From a virus (lineage: Duplodnaviria > Caudoviricetes), in the IMG/VR virus record IMGVR_UViG_3300037419_001569, positions 1 to 49,591 of that record: 49,591 nucleotides of DNA; one strand, given 5' to 3'. The notes below the pieces were generated by a model. That model saw only the letters and a program-made list of their open reading frames with translations, had not been told where the DNA came from and did no database searches. This document shows, piece after piece, positions 26,126-34,234 of the stretch. The position numbers were made by a program, and so were the translations under genes. Position 1 is the stretch's first letter; the number at the start of each line of letters is the position of its first letter.

Positions 26126-26349
26126 CCGATTTACAGCATGTAAAGACGCTCGATGACGTTAAGGCGGACATGAGTTCTCTATATGAACAAGTTAAGCTCG
26201 GCAGCATTGAACTTAAGCTGGCGGCAGAACTAGCAAACATCACGGGCAAGCTGCTCAAGGCTGAGCAACTAAAGCTGGCCAGAGAAATCTTTGAATCGGC
26301 GAGCCGAGGTTCGCAAGGCAAGCTGATCGGCGATAGTTACAATGCTTAA
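26122..26349 (+). CDS. small helical protein of unknown function
   Basis: GGGAGG SD; AAELANITGKLLK motif; AT-richer codon use. Confidence 0.7.
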   Translation: MTDLQHVKTLDDVKADMSSLYEQVKLGSIELKLAAELANITGKLLKAEQLKLAREIFESASRGSQGKLIGDSYNA

Positions 26350-26797
26350 GCAGTGTCACAAATGCGGTGACGATTTCGAACCTAAGCCCCATCAGATTCG
26401 GCGTAGTGATTATCAATGCGCTTCATGCAGAGCGGAAGAGTGCCGCGAGTATCGTAAGCGGCGCAAGGCAACGGCCAATCCCATCCGTCGCATAGAAGAT
26501 AAGAAAACGAAATCACTCCGAGACAGGAAGAGATATTGGAGTGACCCAGATCGGCACAGAGAAAGGATGAGAAGACATCAGAAGAAGCGCTATATGGACG
26601 ACTTACAATTTCGTTCCGCATGTCGGGAGAAGGCAGCAGAATGGCGGCGCAACAATCCAGAAAAGGTCCGCTTCCAAAATGTAAAGAAAGACATCTCGGA
26701 CAATTGGAGCGTGCCTTTGCGATATATTTCAAAAGATGTTGTCGAAGCCAAACTCGCGCAACTTGAAGTCGTCCGCCTATGTCGAAGCGAAACCTAG
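26342..26797 (+). CDS. basic Zn-finger (CxxC...CxxC) protein of unknown function
   Basis: CHKC...CASC, Arg/Lys-rich helix, C-terminal VVEAKLAQLEVVRL. Confidence 0.65.
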   Translation: MLKQCHKCGDDFEPKPHQIRRSDYQCASCRAEECREYRKRRKATANPIRRIEDKKTKSLRDRKRYWSDPDRHRERMRRHQKKRYMDDLQFRSACREKAAEWRRNNPEKVRFQNVKKDISDNWSVPLRYISKDVVEAKLAQLEVVRLCRSET

Positions 26798-27858
26798 ATT
26801 GTGCCCTGGCTTTCGAGATAATCGAACAGCGGCTTGTAGCGGACGAGGAAGTCGGGGCGGTTGGCCTTTAGGTAGCGCCACTTCGGCAGGATTGCCTGAG
26901 CCTGCTTAGCCAGCAGCAGTGCAAGAGCGGGGACCGCCATGTCCTGCCAGCCAATATCGCAGAGGAACATCGTTGCGCCGCACTCGAACAGCGCCCGTTT
27001 CTCGCGCGGGACGTAGCTAGACCAATAAGTCCAAGCCTCTGTAATTTGCTCTGGCGTCCACCGCTTCAGGCTCAGCGCGCCCTCAGTGACCTCCGCGAGA
27101 TTCCACTGCGACTTCACCCGGAACACAAGCGTCGTTCCCGGCACGACCGCCTCGACAAATTCGAGATGGTCGCGCAGCCGGTAGAGGCAGGCCGGGATTT
27201 CGTAGCTCGGGAAGTGGCAGAAGTCCTGCCATGCCATGATCGCGCCGGGCTGCAGAGCATCGCGGAGCCGCGTCAGCACTGCCGAGATCGCGGGAACCCG
27301 CTTCGGAGCGTCGGTAACGAGCAGCGCAATCGGCTCCTTTCCCCACTGCATCTGCTCGATCGCGCCGGCGTGCGGCTCGACGAATTCCATCAGCGGGCCG
27401 AGGTTCTGTTCGAACGCCTCAAGGCAAGGGCCGGTCGGAACCTTATCGAGCCCCTCCTTCTCGTAGAAGGCTTTGACCTTCTGGATGTGGCCCGGCTTCG
27501 ACTTGAAATGGTCGTAGACGTGGGCCTTCGCGCGAACGCCGCTGTCGCGGATGCCAGCCGCGATGTACGCCGTTGAGGCCCCCATCCATGCGCCGAGCTC
27601 GACGATTGCGCCCTTGCCCGCTGCTTCCTTCGCCAGTCGGTAATAGCATTCGCGTTCGGCGTCGGTCGTCATCGCCGGGATTTGCGGGACGCCGGTCAGA
27701 GCTTGGCGAACTGCTTCCTTAGACTGCTGCGAATTTCCTCGATCTGATGCTCGGCCAGCAGTTCCTTCGTGAGCTTGCCGACCTTCGTGCGAGGCGGTTT
27801 TTTCAGGTTCACGAGAATGTCCACGCGCAGACCTTAGCACGTCGATTGATGCCTGCAA
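26794..27858 (-). CDS. class I SAM-dependent methyltransferase (Methyltransf_24 / O-methyltransferase-like)
   Basis: IVELGAWMGAST motif I, VYDHF, LLVTDA, LQPGAIMAWQDF. Confidence 0.85.
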   Translation of the reverse strand: MQASIDVLRSARGHSREPEKTASHEGRQAHEGTAGRASDRGNSQQSKEAVRQALTGVPQIPAMTTDAERECYYRLAKEAAGKGAIVELGAWMGASTAYIAAGIRDSGVRAKAHVYDHFKSKPGHIQKVKAFYEKEGLDKVPTGPCLEAFEQNLGPLMEFVEPHAGAIEQMQWGKEPIALLVTDAPKRVPAISAVLTRLRDALQPGAIMAWQDFCHFPSYEIPACLYRLRDHLEFVEAVVPGTTLVFRVKSQWNLAEVTEGALSLKRWTPEQITEAWTYWSSYVPREKRALFECGATMFLCDIGWQDMAVPALALLLAKQAQAILPKWRYLKANRPDFLVRYKPLFDYLESQGTI

Positions 27859-28298
27859 ATCACTTCCCCTGCGATGCGATCCAGCCCGATGACCTGAGCC
27901 ATCGCGAGCCGGTGGTTCCCTTGGTTGCCGATGAAGACCTCGCCGTCGCGGCCGATCAGGAACAGCGGCAGCGGGCGGCAGTCCTTGAAGCCGTTGCGGC
28001 GCATGTGCTCGAACATGCCGTCCACGCGGCTGTAATATTGGGCGAGCAACGCTTCTAACGTCGGCTCGCCCCGGACTGTTTCGCCGCTTTCGAAGCGTCT
28101 GCGGTACGTGTCGGCGAACAGGTCCGTCTCTTCCCAGCGCTTGCCTTCCCGGTACCGCTGGATAATCGCTCTATGCTTCACCGCCTCCGCTAGAGGGTAG
28201 CGGCGCTCAATGTCCCAATCGCCGCCGATCTCGCCTCTCAGGTCGTTGTGGGGCGTTATCTTGAACCTAATGAACGCCGGGTCGACCCATTCTACCAA
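27834..28298 (-). CDS. ParB/sulfiredoxin-fold protein
   Basis: IGRDGEVFIGNQGNHRLAMAQVIG (G-x-H-R motif). Confidence 0.7.
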   Translation of the reverse strand: MVEWVDPAFIRFKITPHNDLRGEIGGDWDIERRYPLAEAVKHRAIIQRYREGKRWEETDLFADTYRRRFESGETVRGEPTLEALLAQYYSRVDGMFEHMRRNGFKDCRPLPLFLIGRDGEVFIGNQGNHRLAMAQVIGLDRIAGEVICRHQSTC

Positions 28299-28456
28299 AG
28301 GTGCCGCGTTCGACGGCGATATTCCGCCAGTTCGGCGCGCTCCTTCTCGTAGCAGGCACAGCGGCGCTTATTGTGCATAAGCCAGCCGTTGCAGTCGCCG
28401 ACAGGCTTCTTCGCCGGAATGTTGTCCTCAAGATAATCACCGTAGTCGAACAACAT
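28292..28456 (-). CDS. small Cys-containing hypothetical protein, 54 aa
   Basis: MLFDYGDYLEDNIPAKKPVGDCNGWLMHNKRRCACYEKERAELAEYRRRTRHLW*; TGATG coupling, exactly fills gap. Confidence 0.55.
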   Translation of the reverse strand: MLFDYGDYLEDNIPAKKPVGDCNGWLMHNKRRCACYEKERAELAEYRRRTRHLW

Positions 28457-29040
28457 CAGGCACGTCCCCCAACGATGATCTCATCCCCCTCGCGAACTTC
28501 CTGCGCAATACGGTAGCCGTGCCGCTCAAGCAGTTCGATCATGCCCTCGGATGCGGCATAGCGGTTCATCTCGCCCAAGGGAGCATCAGGCGTTCCCGCC
28601 CGCCAGCGGTCGGCGCGGTTGCGGTTGCCGCAGAGGACGACATTCGGGATATGCTTCGCCGCGATCGCGAAGATGCGGTCTAGGTTGTCGCCGAGGTAGT
28701 AGATCGTCCGAACCGCGACCAAGGTCTCGAAACTGTCGCTCAGCAGGTCGATATTCTGCGCGATGCTGCCGTTGACGAACTTGGGCGCCTTGAACTTGCC
28801 TTCGCGGGCCAGCCATTCGCCATAAAGCTGTTGCGCGGTCTCGTGCCGCTCCTCGTTCTTTTCGAGCGCCGTCACATCCTTGCCCATGCGGGCCAGCAAC
28901 AGCGCGAGCACGCCCTCGGCCGAACCGATCTCGAGGATCCGGTGGCCAGGGATATGCGGAATGATGCGGCGGTATTTCTCGGGGACATCGCCTGCCCGTA
29001 TGGAAGCCTCGTTCTTCCTGAAGGCGAGCGAGCCGGTCAC
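28456..29040 (-). CDS. class I SAM-dependent methyltransferase
   Basis: RILEIGSAEGVLALLLARMGKDVTALE motifs I-II; no DPPY/PC DNA-MTase motif. Confidence 0.85.
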   Translation of the reverse strand: MTGSLAFRKNEASIRAGDVPEKYRRIIPHIPGHRILEIGSAEGVLALLLARMGKDVTALEKNEERHETAQQLYGEWLAREGKFKAPKFVNGSIAQNIDLLSDSFETLVAVRTIYYLGDNLDRIFAIAAKHIPNVVLCGNRNRADRWRAGTPDAPLGEMNRYAASEGMIELLERHGYRIAQEVREGDEIIVGGRA

Positions 29041-29273
29041 TTCGCCTTCTTGGCCGCCTTCTTGCGTGGCTTCGCCGCGGTGGGCCTCTCGGCTGCGACT
29101 GTCTGCGTGCTCATTGCCGGCACGGCAGCGCCTCTCGGCTTCGTCGGTGAAATCTTGCCGAGCGCGGTAAACAGCTTCGCGTCGCGAGCATTGAGCTCGA
29201 CCTGCTCGCCAGCCCTCAGCATCCGCGTCTGATAGCGGAAGTCGCCGGTGGCATAGAATGTCTTGGTAGCCAT
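29037..29273 (-). CDS. small basic post-capsid protein
   Basis: GAGGAG SD; Lys/Ala-rich tail; typical slot after MCP. Confidence 0.7.
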   Translation of the reverse strand: MATKTFYATGDFRYQTRMLRAGEQVELNARDAKLFTALGKISPTKPRGAAVPAMSTQTVAAERPTAAKPRKKAAKKAK

Positions 29274-29287
29274 GAACTTGCTCCTCG

Positions 29288-29325
29288 AAAAAGCGGGGCG
29301 GACTCGCAGGGTGAGAATCCGCCCC
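29288..29325 (-). terminator. intrinsic terminator after major capsid gene
   Basis: GGGGCGGA...TCCGCCCC stem followed by GCTTTTT on minus strand. Confidence 0.65.
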
Positions 29326-29360
29326 TCCTCAAGCTACGGAAGGAGGTAGAGCTTGAGGCC

Positions 29361-30788
29361 TTAGGTGTTGGTTGCGCCACCCCATGCCGCGCCGGTCAGA
29401 TAGACTGCAGCGTTGTTGCGGCGGCGCGCCCAGTTCAGGATGCGCTCGCAGCGGAACGCCACGCTGTTGGTCTGGAACATCGAGACCAGCTGCGAAGCCG
29501 TCGGCGTGATCGAGTTCTGGTTCGCATTGGCGTCGGTGGTCATGAGCAGCGAAGCCTCGCGGCTGACGTCGATCATGAACCCGCCTTCGTCGGCGAAGTA
29601 GATCTCGGAAGGCTGCAGCGCCACGACGACACCGCTCGGCACGTTCTGCGACGTGATCACGTTGATGCCCTGGATCGAACCGCCGTTCATCGTGATGTTC
29701 GGGAATTCCGGCTGGCCGAGAGCGTTGATCGTAAAGGACGCGCCCAGAGCCGTTCCGGTGCGCATGATCAGGACCGGAGCATTCCCTTCCATGTTGTTGT
29801 TGACGAACACCTGCAGGAGGTTGCGGATGTCGAGGCGGATATCGTCCGCATCGCCCGTCCCGCTTGCCGCGATCGCAATCGCGCCGTTGGCGACGGAGGC
29901 CGGCTTGATATTCGGCGTACCTCCGTTGGTCGGGTCGATGAACGCCACGTCGATCAGCTCGACAAGAGCGTTCCGCAGCTCGTCGCGGACGAGCGTTTCC
30001 GCCGACGTTGCGCTCGACATCAACAGCTCCTCGGTGAGGACCGCGATGTTGGCGCACTTCAGCGGTGCGAGGTTGGTCTTGTCGAAGTTGAACGAGGTCA
30101 GCGGCTTCGCCAGACCCTCGCCGACCCAGTAACCGGCGCCGCCGCTGGTCGAAATTCCCAGAGCGGTGCGGAACGGGATCTGCCGAAGGCCGGGAATCCG
30201 ACCGACGATCGTCGCCGGGCGTAGATACTCGGCGAAGTCGGCAAACGCGCCGCCCTCGTTGAGCACCAGGTCAGACGCCCAGGTTCCGGAAATCGTGGAA
30301 CCGGCAACGACGTTGGCCTTCTCGATGCCTTCCCATTCGAGGCGCTTCTGGCCGCGCTCGTACATGCGCTTGAGCGAACCGGCCGCGTCGCTGTCCTCGC
30401 CGTAGCGCGTTTCGGCGATACGGTAGGCTTGGCCCATGTCGCCATTGGCCATGCCGAGGGACTTTACCAGGCGCGCGAACGCGATGCCCGGCTCGAGCTT
30501 CGGCTGCTGCTTGACGACGATCTTGCCCTCGCGGCTAGCGTTCCCCTCTTCCGAGGACTTGCCGTTGACCGGATGAGCGTTCTCCGCGGCGGCCTTCTCG
30601 ACCGTGCGGAGGCGCTTCAGGTGGCCGTCGATCGCTTCGATCTCGGTCTGGAGGCCGTCGAATTCCTCCTGCTGCTCGGCGTCGAGGGTCTCGCCCTTCT
30701 CGCCTGCCTCGTCCATGATCGACTTCTGCTGAGCCGCCTTGGTCGAGCGCTGCGCTTCGAACGCAGCAATCTGTTCTGCGTAGTTCAT
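29361..30788 (-). CDS. HK97-fold major capsid protein with N-terminal scaffold (delta) domain
   Basis: Coiled-coil N-term; YWVGEG.AKP, LTEELL, SMFQTNSVAFRCER. Confidence 0.95.
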   Translation of the reverse strand: MNYAEQIAAFEAQRSTKAAQQKSIMDEAGEKGETLDAEQQEEFDGLQTEIEAIDGHLKRLRTVEKAAAENAHPVNGKSSEEGNASREGKIVVKQQPKLEPGIAFARLVKSLGMANGDMGQAYRIAETRYGEDSDAAGSLKRMYERGQKRLEWEGIEKANVVAGSTISGTWASDLVLNEGGAFADFAEYLRPATIVGRIPGLRQIPFRTALGISTSGGAGYWVGEGLAKPLTSFNFDKTNLAPLKCANIAVLTEELLMSSATSAETLVRDELRNALVELIDVAFIDPTNGGTPNIKPASVANGAIAIAASGTGDADDIRLDIRNLLQVFVNNNMEGNAPVLIMRTGTALGASFTINALGQPEFPNITMNGGSIQGINVITSQNVPSGVVVALQPSEIYFADEGGFMIDVSREASLLMTTDANANQNSITPTASQLVSMFQTNSVAFRCERILNWARRRNNAAVYLTGAAWGGATNT

Positions 30789-30804
30789 TTTGGGGTTCCT
30801 TCTG

Positions 30805-30853
30805 GCCCCCCGAAGGGGGCGCTGGGACGCGACGTCTCGCGACGTGGCTTCCG
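30805..30853 (-). other. structured RNA leader of capsid gene (GNRA and UUCG hairpins)
   Basis: ACGTC-GCGA-GACGT and GCCCCC-TTCG-GGGGGC on coding strand just 5' of SD. Confidence 0.55.
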
Positions 30854-30863
30854 CGGGGTTGGC

Positions 30864-31529
30864 TTACTTCCTCGGCGGATGGATCCGACGAATGACGAAA
30901 GGAGCCCGGTCGCGGGCCTGTTCATCCAGCTTGACGACGACGGTTTTCTTGCCAGTCGCGGCATGTTCCGTCGGCTTCGCTGGAATTTCTGGATCTGGAA
31001 CGCCGGCCGCGTGGCGGGCCTCGGCGTCCAGCGCCTTGATGATGTCGATGTCGCTCGCCCCGTAGAGGCTCTTCACGCCGGAGATCAGTGCGTCAGCGTT
31101 TGCCGGAACGACGACGCCCGAGAGTTCGTAGACCTCGGTCCGGTCGTAGCGAATGCCGCCGTTGTCGAGGAACGCCCATTCGAGCGGGCGGAAACCGACG
31201 CTCACGGCGCGCACGAGCCCGGTCTTCACCGAATCCCAGGCGAGCTGCAGCCGGTCCTTGAGCGTTTCCGAGCCGACGGTCTGCGGGTGGACGAACTCGG
31301 CGGTGAAGTTGATTCCGGCCTTCGTCGGCTTGTCGAAGCGAACCTCGCCGACCGGCAGTTCGTGGTCGTGCATCCACAGGAACGGCAGCGGATTGTCGAA
31401 CTCGACGCCGAGCGGGTCGATGATATCGCCGACCCGATCGACCGAGGGAGTAGTCGCGGTGCCGGTGATGACCCTGCGGCCGTCATCGACCGCCTTGATT
31501 TCGAGCCGCGAATAGGCGCGATTGCGCAT
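30864..31529 (-). CDS. HK97-family prohead protease
   Basis: DRVGDII, LWMHDH..PVG, SVGF, ELSGVVVPAN. Confidence 0.93.
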   Translation of the reverse strand: MRNRAYSRLEIKAVDDGRRVITGTATTPSVDRVGDIIDPLGVEFDNPLPFLWMHDHELPVGEVRFDKPTKAGINFTAEFVHPQTVGSETLKDRLQLAWDSVKTGLVRAVSVGFRPLEWAFLDNGGIRYDRTEVYELSGVVVPANADALISGVKSLYGASDIDIIKALDAEARHAAGVPDPEIPAKPTEHAATGKKTVVVKLDEQARDRAPFVIRRIHPPRK

Positions 31530-31567
31530 CGTTCGCCTCCTCTGCTACGTCGCGCCCGGTGAAGAGC

Positions 31568-31660
31568 GTGAACGATGTGGTGAAATGGATTTGCGGAATG
31601 GGCCTCGTGCTCATCGCACTGTGGCTCATCGCCGAGTTCGTGATGGTCTATCCGCGCTAG
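31568..31660 (+). CDS. 30-aa single-TM peptide, antisense to late operon
   Basis: MNDVVKWICGMGLVLIALWLIAEFVMVYPR*; fills terL-protease gap; stop shares CTAG with terL stop. Confidence 0.45.
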   Translation: MNDVVKWICGMGLVLIALWLIAEFVMVYPR

Positions 31661-33180
31661 ATCACGAGGAATTCATAGGCCGGCGCTGCATCGACCTCGG
31701 AAGGTGCCACGCCGAAAGCCATTGCCAGAGCGACCATGCCGTCGATCCGGGTCGCCGACTTTGCCTTGTTCAACTTCCTGTTGCCGGCGGGATCAGTCGT
31801 CACGACCGCATTGGCAGCGCACATCGCCAGGACCGGATGGTTGCCGTGCCTGAGCTTGCCCGAGAGCAGCGCGGCCTCGGTATCTCGTAACGCCGGCGAC
31901 ATCGACACGAAGCCCTGGCCGAACTCGACGAACAGCTCATCGAGGCGCTCCTCGGTGAAGCCAGCCTTGAGCAGCCATGGCCGCAAGTGCTTCATCGCCC
32001 AGCGGTCGAAGGCGCATTTTTGCCAGTTGTGGGTCTGATCGAACTCGTAGAGCTCGCGCGCGACCCATTCGTACTCAACCGCGCGGCCTGGCGTCGTCAG
32101 CAGATACCCTTGCGAGTGCCAGAGGTCGTAAGGCGCCCGGTCGGTCCGCGCCCTTTCCCGTAAGCCCTCGCTGGGAAGCCAGAACGTCGGCTTAGTTTCC
32201 CAGGCGTCCTCGATCCACGCGATCGGCACATGCGCCGTAAGGTCGGACGTCGATGAAAGGTCGAGACCGGAGAAGACCGCGGCGCCGCCCCAGTCCTTCG
32301 AAACCTCGCCGCCGCATGATTGCCAGACCGACCGCGAGATAAACGGCGAATTCATCTCGACGCGCTGGTTCAGGATTAGGTTGCGAAACTCTGGTTCGCG
32401 GCTCGGCATACGCCGCGCGTCCTCGGCCATCGCCAGCGTCTCTTCGGCGTTCTGGAAATCGCCAAATGCCGGATTGGCCTGTCTGATCGCCTCTTCCGTG
32501 AACGGGTCTGTGTCCCGATCAGCTGTGTAGAGGCTCACCTTCACCCGCGGATCTTCGCCCGACAGCGCGTCGTCTATCAGCTTCGAAAGTAGGTCGCCAT
32601 CCGACGGCGCCTGCGTCGAGATGATCACCGACAAGGGCTCTTCGTGGGCTCCGACCGCCGTCTCGAGCGCCTCGTATAGTTCCGACCGCGGTCCTTTGAC
32701 CTGTCCGAGCTCGTCATGGACCATGAACACCGGCGACAACCCATAGGCGGTCGATGCGTCGGCGCTCAGCGCCCGGTAGCGCGTCCCCAGCTCGGGACAG
32801 AGCAGTTCCTTAGCCGTATCGCGGATCTGGACCATCGAAAAGAGGTCCGGCGACATCCTTACGCACTTGGCGGCGAGGTTGAACAGCACTGCGGCCTGCT
32901 CTCGCGACTGGGCGGCGCTGAACAGCTGCGAATTGGCCCGCGCCTCATATCCGCAAAGGTGGAGCAGGAGCAGGAATGCGGCGAACGCGCTCTTCCCGTT
33001 CTTCCGACCGAAGCTGATGATCGCCCGCCTGGTTGGGGTCGAGTAAATCTGGACGATCAGGTCGCGCTGCCACTTGCGCAGCTTCACCGGCTTGCCGACA
33101 TCGCGCCCTTCGGGGATCCGGCAAGTCAGTTCAATCCATTCGATATTCTGCTCGGCCCTCTTCAGACCGGCCGCTGCCAC
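31657..33180 (-). CDS. terL: terminase large subunit
   Basis: GRKNGKS Walker A, MVHDEL Walker B, GLDLS, RIDGMVA nuclease motifs; start reassigned to GTG 33180. Confidence 0.95.
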   Translation of the reverse strand: MAAAGLKRAEQNIEWIELTCRIPEGRDVGKPVKLRKWQRDLIVQIYSTPTRRAIISFGRKNGKSAFAAFLLLLHLCGYEARANSQLFSAAQSREQAAVLFNLAAKCVRMSPDLFSMVQIRDTAKELLCPELGTRYRALSADASTAYGLSPVFMVHDELGQVKGPRSELYEALETAVGAHEEPLSVIISTQAPSDGDLLSKLIDDALSGEDPRVKVSLYTADRDTDPFTEEAIRQANPAFGDFQNAEETLAMAEDARRMPSREPEFRNLILNQRVEMNSPFISRSVWQSCGGEVSKDWGGAAVFSGLDLSSTSDLTAHVPIAWIEDAWETKPTFWLPSEGLRERARTDRAPYDLWHSQGYLLTTPGRAVEYEWVARELYEFDQTHNWQKCAFDRWAMKHLRPWLLKAGFTEERLDELFVEFGQGFVSMSPALRDTEAALLSGKLRHGNHPVLAMCAANAVVTTDPAGNRKLNKAKSATRIDGMVALAMAFGVAPSEVDAAPAYEFLVI

Positions 33181-33590
33181 AGTTTCCTTTCGCTGCTTGC
33201 CCGTCGCGCCGCGGTAGCGGCCACGCTCGGCTGGTACCGGCTTTGGTTGGTCAGCCGCAGCTTCGTCGCTATCGTGACGCAAGCCAAAGTCTCCCGCTGG
33301 GCCATCTTCATCAGACGATCGACGTCGGCCAGCGAGTCCTCGCTATGCGGCAACGTCGCGGTCCTGATTTCCTTCTCGAGCCACTCGGCCCTGCAGAAGT
33401 GCCGGCAATACCTCGTTAACAACCCCTGGATGGCCGCTGTCCGGAATAGGTCCGCCGCCTCACTCGCGACTATCCTATCCCAGACCTCGGTCTCATCGGC
33501 AGACAAACTCGGCGGTGCCTTGGGGCGTCCGTCGATGGTCCCGGCAATGACCGAAAGCTGTGCCGCCGACCTGCGGCCGCGCTGCTTCAT
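33162..33590 (-). CDS. terS: terminase small subunit (P27-like)
   Basis: PKAPPSL...WDRIV, LLTRYC, KLRLTNQSR; GGAG SD; overlaps terL. Confidence 0.85.
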   Translation of the reverse strand: MKQRGRRSAAQLSVIAGTIDGRPKAPPSLSADETEVWDRIVASEAADLFRTAAIQGLLTRYCRHFCRAEWLEKEIRTATLPHSEDSLADVDRLMKMAQRETLACVTIATKLRLTNQSRYQPSVAATAARRASSERKLWQRPV

Positions 33591-33685
33591 TTGTCGTACT
33601 CCAAAGGGCCGTTTGTATAGATTTAGCAAAAAGCGAGCGCGGCTCGGTTTCCGTCACGCGCCCGTCGAACTTTTCTACGCCCCCC
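33591..33685 (-). other. probable cos packaging region
   Basis: Non-coding, between HNH and terS; GGGGGGCGTAGAAAAGT...ACCGAGCCGCGCTCGCTTTTT resembles cos regions of HK97/P27-type phages; exact cut not determinable. Confidence 0.55.
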
Positions 33686-33799
33686 CTACTTGAACAGCAG
33701 GATGAGGACGAGCAGCACCGTATTGAGCGCGGTCGCTGCGAGGGAGAACTGGCTGTAGCGCTGGTTGAAGGCGATCAGTTCATCCTTGGCGGTAGGCAT
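33686..33799 (-). CDS. 37-aa peptide with hydrophobic C-terminus
   Basis: MPTAKDELIAFNQRYSQFSLAATALNTVLLVLILLFK*; GAGGAG SD. Confidence 0.55.
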   Translation of the reverse strand: MPTAKDELIAFNQRYSQFSLAATALNTVLLVLILLFK

Positions 33800-33811
33800 C
33801 GGTTCGTCTCC

Positions 33812-34078
33812 TCAATCGGTAGGCCACCCGTCGTTGCCCGTCTTCGGCTTCTTGCGGTACCCGAACTGTTCGGCCGTAACGTCACGGTGGCAGTCATCGC
33901 AAAGGTTGCGGGTGTTCGCATCGTCGTCGCTTCCGCCCTTGGCGAGCGGGACAATGTGATCGACGACTGTTGCCGGTCTAACCTTGGCGGGCAGGCACCT
34001 TTCGCAAAGGCCGAGGCTGCGTTCGAGCCTGGCCTTGCGCTGCTTGACTGCGGCTCGTCCTCTAAGGCGTTCCGTCAT
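33812..34078 (-). CDS. terminase-associated HNH endonuclease (HK97 gp74-like)
   Basis: CERC...VVDHIVPLAKGGSDDDANTRNLCDDCH, DGWP end; directly upstream of cos/terS. Confidence 0.9.
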   Translation of the reverse strand: MTERLRGRAAVKQRKARLERSLGLCERCLPAKVRPATVVDHIVPLAKGGSDDDANTRNLCDDCHRDVTAEQFGYRKKPKTGNDGWPTD

Positions 34079-34128
34079 GGCGAAAGTATCCGGCGGATGC
34101 GCGAGTGGGGGACAACTCTCACCCGCCG

Positions 34129-34218
34129 AAACGAGAAGCGCCCGCAAGCTTCCGTTAGCCGCGGGCGCAATAATCCAGATTGACCACAAAAATAGGCACA
34201 AGTTGTAAAAGTTGGCAA
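34129..34218 (-). promoter_or_regulatory. putative late promoter plus leader terminator (pR'/tR'-like)
   Basis: TTGCCA-N18-TATTTT in AT-rich stretch, then GCGCCCGC/GCGGGCGC hairpin (34138-34168) followed by TTCTCGTTT. Confidence 0.5.
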
Positions 34219-34234
34219 TAGCGAAATCTTCGCC

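Noticed and set aside
27834-28298. ParB partition system
   Set aside because: No HTH, no ParA, no parS array; only the catalytic ParB/Srx-type motif
26794-29040. Late-region methyltransferases as DNA/RM methyltransferases
   Set aside because: Lack DPPY/NPPY/SPPY or PC motifs; no cognate nuclease; resemble small-molecule/glycan MTases
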